Below are positions 61,587-64,000 of a stretch of DNA of 64,000 bases, piece after piece. Made by a program: the position numbers and the translations under genes. Under the pieces are notes generated by a model, which ran no database searches, was not told the origin of the DNA, and worked only from the letters and a program-made list of their open reading frames with translations. The stretch is from assembly GCA_964553615.1 (NCBI GenBank), contig CAZKMA010000001.1:14209-78208 (forward strand), written 5' to 3'. Each line of letters opens with the position of its first letter. Position 1 is the first letter of the stretch. The DNA comes from an uncultured Spirochaetales bacterium. Lineage in GTDB: Bacteria > Spirochaetota > Spirochaetia > DSM-27196 > DATKUC01.

Positions 61587-63938
61587 ATGATGCGCTCAGC
61601 TCGTATGGATTCTGTGAGAAGCGTATTAGAAACTCTTCAAGGTGATCCGGCGTTCATGTCGTGCGTGACCCGTTGGGAGGTTATTCCGCCGCGGGACGCG
61701 AGTTACGCACCACTGCCGAATGATCTTGATCCGCGCGTGCGGGATGCGTTGGGCTCCCGTGGCATATCGCGCCTCTACAGCCATCAGGCAGAGACCTACA
61801 GGCTGGTCAGAGACGGAGTGAACGCGACGGTGGTAACGCCCACCGCATCCGGAAAGACCCTCTGTTACAACCTTCCAGTGCTTCAATCGCTTATCGAGCG
61901 GCCGGAGCTCCGTGCTCTGTACCTGTTCCCGACCAAGGCGCTGTCGCAGGATCAGCAATCCGAATTGAATGAGAATATCAACTTCGGTTCGCTCCCGGTC
62001 AAGGTTTCAACGTATGACGGTGATACGCCGGCGAGTCTTCGTGTATCAGCACGGGAAACCGGACAGGTCATCATCAGCAATCCTGACATGCTGCACGCCG
62101 GTATTCTCCCGAATCACCCGAAATGGATCAAGTTTTTGAAGAACCTCGCTTTCGTGGTCATAGACGAGGTTCACACCTACCGCGGCGTATTCGGTTCGCA
62201 CATGACGAACGTCATTCGACGGCTCAAACGGATTGCGCGATTCTACGGAGCGGAGCCGATCTTCATCTGTTGTTCGGCCACCATTGGCAATCCTCTCGAG
62301 CTGGCAATGCGTGTTATCGAAGAGGATTCCGTTCTGGTGGATCGAAACGGCGCCCCGGCCGGGGAGAAGCACTTTGTTCTGTACAATCCTCCGCTCGTGG
62401 ATCGGGTTCAGGGCATTCGCAGGGGCGTGGTTCTCGAGTCACAGCGAATGGCGCTGCGTCTGTTGCGGGCCGGCATAAAGACAATAGTATTCTCCCGTTC
62501 GCGCGTTCGTACCGAACTCATTGCTTCCTATATCAATGAATCGCTCTCGAATATGTATACGGACGACGAGCGTATTCGTGTTGAGCCCTACCGAGGTGGA
62601 TACCTTCCGAACGAGCGCCGGGCAATCGAGAAGGGATTGCGTGATGGATCCATCCGCGGTGTTGTGTCTACGAATGCGCTCGAACTCGGGATAGACATTG
62701 GCGGACTGGATGCTGCCATTCTTGCAGGATTCCCGGGTTCCATATCTTCGAGCTGGCAGCAGGCGGGACGGGCGGGACGGCGCAGCAGCATCTCGGTTGC
62801 ATTTCTCATAGCCACGTCGAGTCCGCTCGATCAGTACATGGCAAAACATCCCGGATACTTCCTCGGCCGGTCCCCGGAATCCGGATTCATCGACCCGAAC
62901 AACCTGTATATTCTCCTCGATCAGTTGAAATGCGCGGTGTTCGAACTCCCGTTTAGAAGCGATGAACAATTCGGACCGGACACCGCTGAGTATCTGCAAA
63001 TCCTTGAGGAGAGCGGCGTTGTACGGATGTCCGCCGGCACCTATTACTGGTCCGACCGCTCATATCCCGCCGAACAGATCAGCCTGCGGAGTGCCACATC
63101 CGACAACGTGGTCATTGTGGATGCAACGAAAGGGCGAAACCGCGTCATCGGAGAGATGGATCGCCCGAGCGCGAAGGAGCTGATTTTCGACAACGCGGTG
63201 TACATTCATCACGGCGAACAATATGTAGTAAAGAATCTCGATCTGGAGAACCGACGCTGCTATGTCGAGGAATCCACGGTGAACTATTACACCGATGCGA
63301 TCGTCAAGCGGGATCTCAAGGTGCTGCATGAAGATGAACGTCTGCAGACAGAAGGCTGCACGGTTGTCGTTGGCGATATTCTTGTCCGCAACCAGGTGGC
63401 GAAGTTCAAGAAGATTCGTTTCCATACCCACGAAAACGTCGGTTACGGCGAGATCTCTCTGCCGGAGGAGGAAATGCACACCAGAAGCATTATCCTCCTG
63501 TTTGACGAGGCGGATGCGTCCGGCCTGGCACTTGCAAATCTGGATCCGACGCTTACCGGCGCAGTCATTGCGCGGCTCGGCACAATCGTCAAGAATGTCG
63601 CACCGTTCTTTCTCCTGTGCGACGCAAAGGATATCGGCGTTGCCGAACGGCTCCGCGATCCTCACCTGGGAACACCCTGTCTGTACATCTATGATTCCTA
63701 TCCGGGGGGAAGCGGTCTTTCCGAAGCCTTTCTTACAAAGCTCCCGGACATTCTCCGCGCAGGGCTGGATCTCGTTCGCGCGTGTCCGTGCGACGAGGGA
63801 TGTCCGAGCTGTGTTGGTCCACGGGACCCGCAGGAAGAGCTTGACGGGAATCCGAAGGCGGGAGTGGTAGAGTTCCTCGATCGATGGCTCGGAAGTCTCC
63901 CTGCACGAATACCCACAGAGGAAGTCCATGGCACTTGA
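61587..63938 (+). CDS. DEAD/DEAH-box helicase with C-terminal DUF1998 zinc-cluster domain (YprA/MrfA-like)
   Basis: Walker A TPTASGKTLCYNLP, DEVH box (VVIDEVHTYRG), SAT (CSATIGNP), motif VI (QQAGRAGRR), and C-terminal CPCDEGCPSCVGP. Start uncertain (61530, 61587 or 61605). Confidence 0.88.
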   Translation: MMRSARMDSVRSVLETLQGDPAFMSCVTRWEVIPPRDASYAPLPNDLDPRVRDALGSRGISRLYSHQAETYRLVRDGVNATVVTPTASGKTLCYNLPVLQSLIERPELRALYLFPTKALSQDQQSELNENINFGSLPVKVSTYDGDTPASLRVSARETGQVIISNPDMLHAGILPNHPKWIKFLKNLAFVVIDEVHTYRGVFGSHMTNVIRRLKRIARFYGAEPIFICCSATIGNPLELAMRVIEEDSVLVDRNGAPAGEKHFVLYNPPLVDRVQGIRRGVVLESQRMALRLLRAGIKTIVFSRSRVRTELIASYINESLSNMYTDDERIRVEPYRGGYLPNERRAIEKGLRDGSIRGVVSTNALELGIDIGGLDAAILAGFPGSISSSWQQAGRAGRRSSISVAFLIATSSPLDQYMAKHPGYFLGRSPESGFIDPNNLYILLDQLKCAVFELPFRSDEQFGPDTAEYLQILEESGVVRMSAGTYYWSDRSYPAEQISLRSATSDNVVIVDATKGRNRVIGEMDRPSAKELIFDNAVYIHHGEQYVVKNLDLENRRCYVEESTVNYYTDAIVKRDLKVLHEDERLQTEGCTVVVGDILVRNQVAKFKKIRFHTHENVGYGEISLPEEEMHTRSIILLFDEADASGLALANLDPTLTGAVIARLGTIVKNVAPFFLLCDAKDIGVAERLRDPHLGTPCLYIYDSYPGGSGLSEAFLTKLPDILRAGLDLVRACPCDEGCPSCVGPRDPQEELDGNPKAGVVEFLDRWLGSLPARIPTEEVHGT

Positions 63939-64000
63939 CCTGTATGAACGGTTGAGGCAACTGAAAGAGGGAGCGGTTCCCGCGGCGGGTAACACGGTCG
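63928..64000 (+). CDS. 5' end of an ORF overlapping the helicase stop (possibly the MrfB/YprB-type partner); truncated by the window edge
   Basis: ATG 63928 overlaps the helicase TGA (ATGGCACTTGA). The frame MALDLYERLRQLKEGAVPAAGNTV stays open to the window end. Too short to identify. Confidence 0.3.
   Translation, partial: MALDLYERLRQLKEGAVPAAGNTV

Noticed and set aside
61530-63938. DUF1998 helicase considered as part of an anti-phage system (DISARM/Dpd-like)
   Set aside because: Helicase and DUF1998 are fused as in YprA/MrfA. No methyltransferase, PLD-nuclease or other defence gene is adjacent within the window. The neighbours are housekeeping genes (glgC, mutT). Sequence beyond 64000 is needed to be certain.
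63060-63995. 311-aa minus-strand ORF opposite the helicase C-terminus
   Set aside because: It is antisense to the DUF1998 region of the helicase, so it is a shadow ORF.
1-64000. Search for rRNA, tRNA, CRISPR arrays, IS elements, prophage genes or large repeats
   Set aside because: Coding density leaves no gap longer than about 110 nt. I saw no repeat-spacer periodicity, no transposase or integrase other than XerC/XerD, and no cloverleaf-sized conserved RNA segment. This was a visual scan only, so tRNAscan/Infernal and a self-dotplot would be the decisive checks.

Overview
This is a dense, almost gap-free chromosomal window that looks spirochaete-derived. That inference rests on gene content and order: flbB, flbD, a long FliY, FlgE carrying Lys165/Cys178, and a Borrelia-type flgB superoperon order. 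It is moderately GC-rich by eye (not computed).

Positions 1-45930 form one co-directional (+) block of 46 ORFs whose largest internal gap is 90 nt. In order, the block holds:
- the tail of the dcw cluster (murF partial, ftsW, ftsQ, ftsA, ftsZ)
- xerD, a TPR lipoprotein, dprA, topA, xerC and hslVU
- a complete 26-gene flagellar rod/MS-ring/C-ring/export/hook/motor superoperon (flgB through flhG)
- an uncharacterised acidic membrane protein, then fliA (sigma-28)
- a FapA/DUF342 protein and two small unknown proteins
- a translationally coupled trio of Hsp70-like, J-domain/HEAT and CheA-like genes

I consider that trio the most interesting functionally unexplained module in the window.

Positions 45922-64000 are mixed-orientation and mostly housekeeping genes:
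- an orphan MalK-type ABC ATPase with a thioredoxin-like protein
- a class B PBP(PASTA) and a Maf/DUF115 flagellin-glycosylation-type gene, with a sigma-28-like promoter candidate upstream
- a LysM/M23 peptidase, secA and an unknown lipoprotein
- nnr, two small unknown proteins and mutT
- glgC and a YprA/MrfA-type DEAD-box/DUF1998 helicase

I saw no rRNA, tRNA, CRISPR array, IS/transposon or prophage signature. Many long ORFs in the supplied track are antisense or alternate-frame shadows of real genes. All promoter and terminator calls come from reading the sequence by eye and need experimental TSS data.
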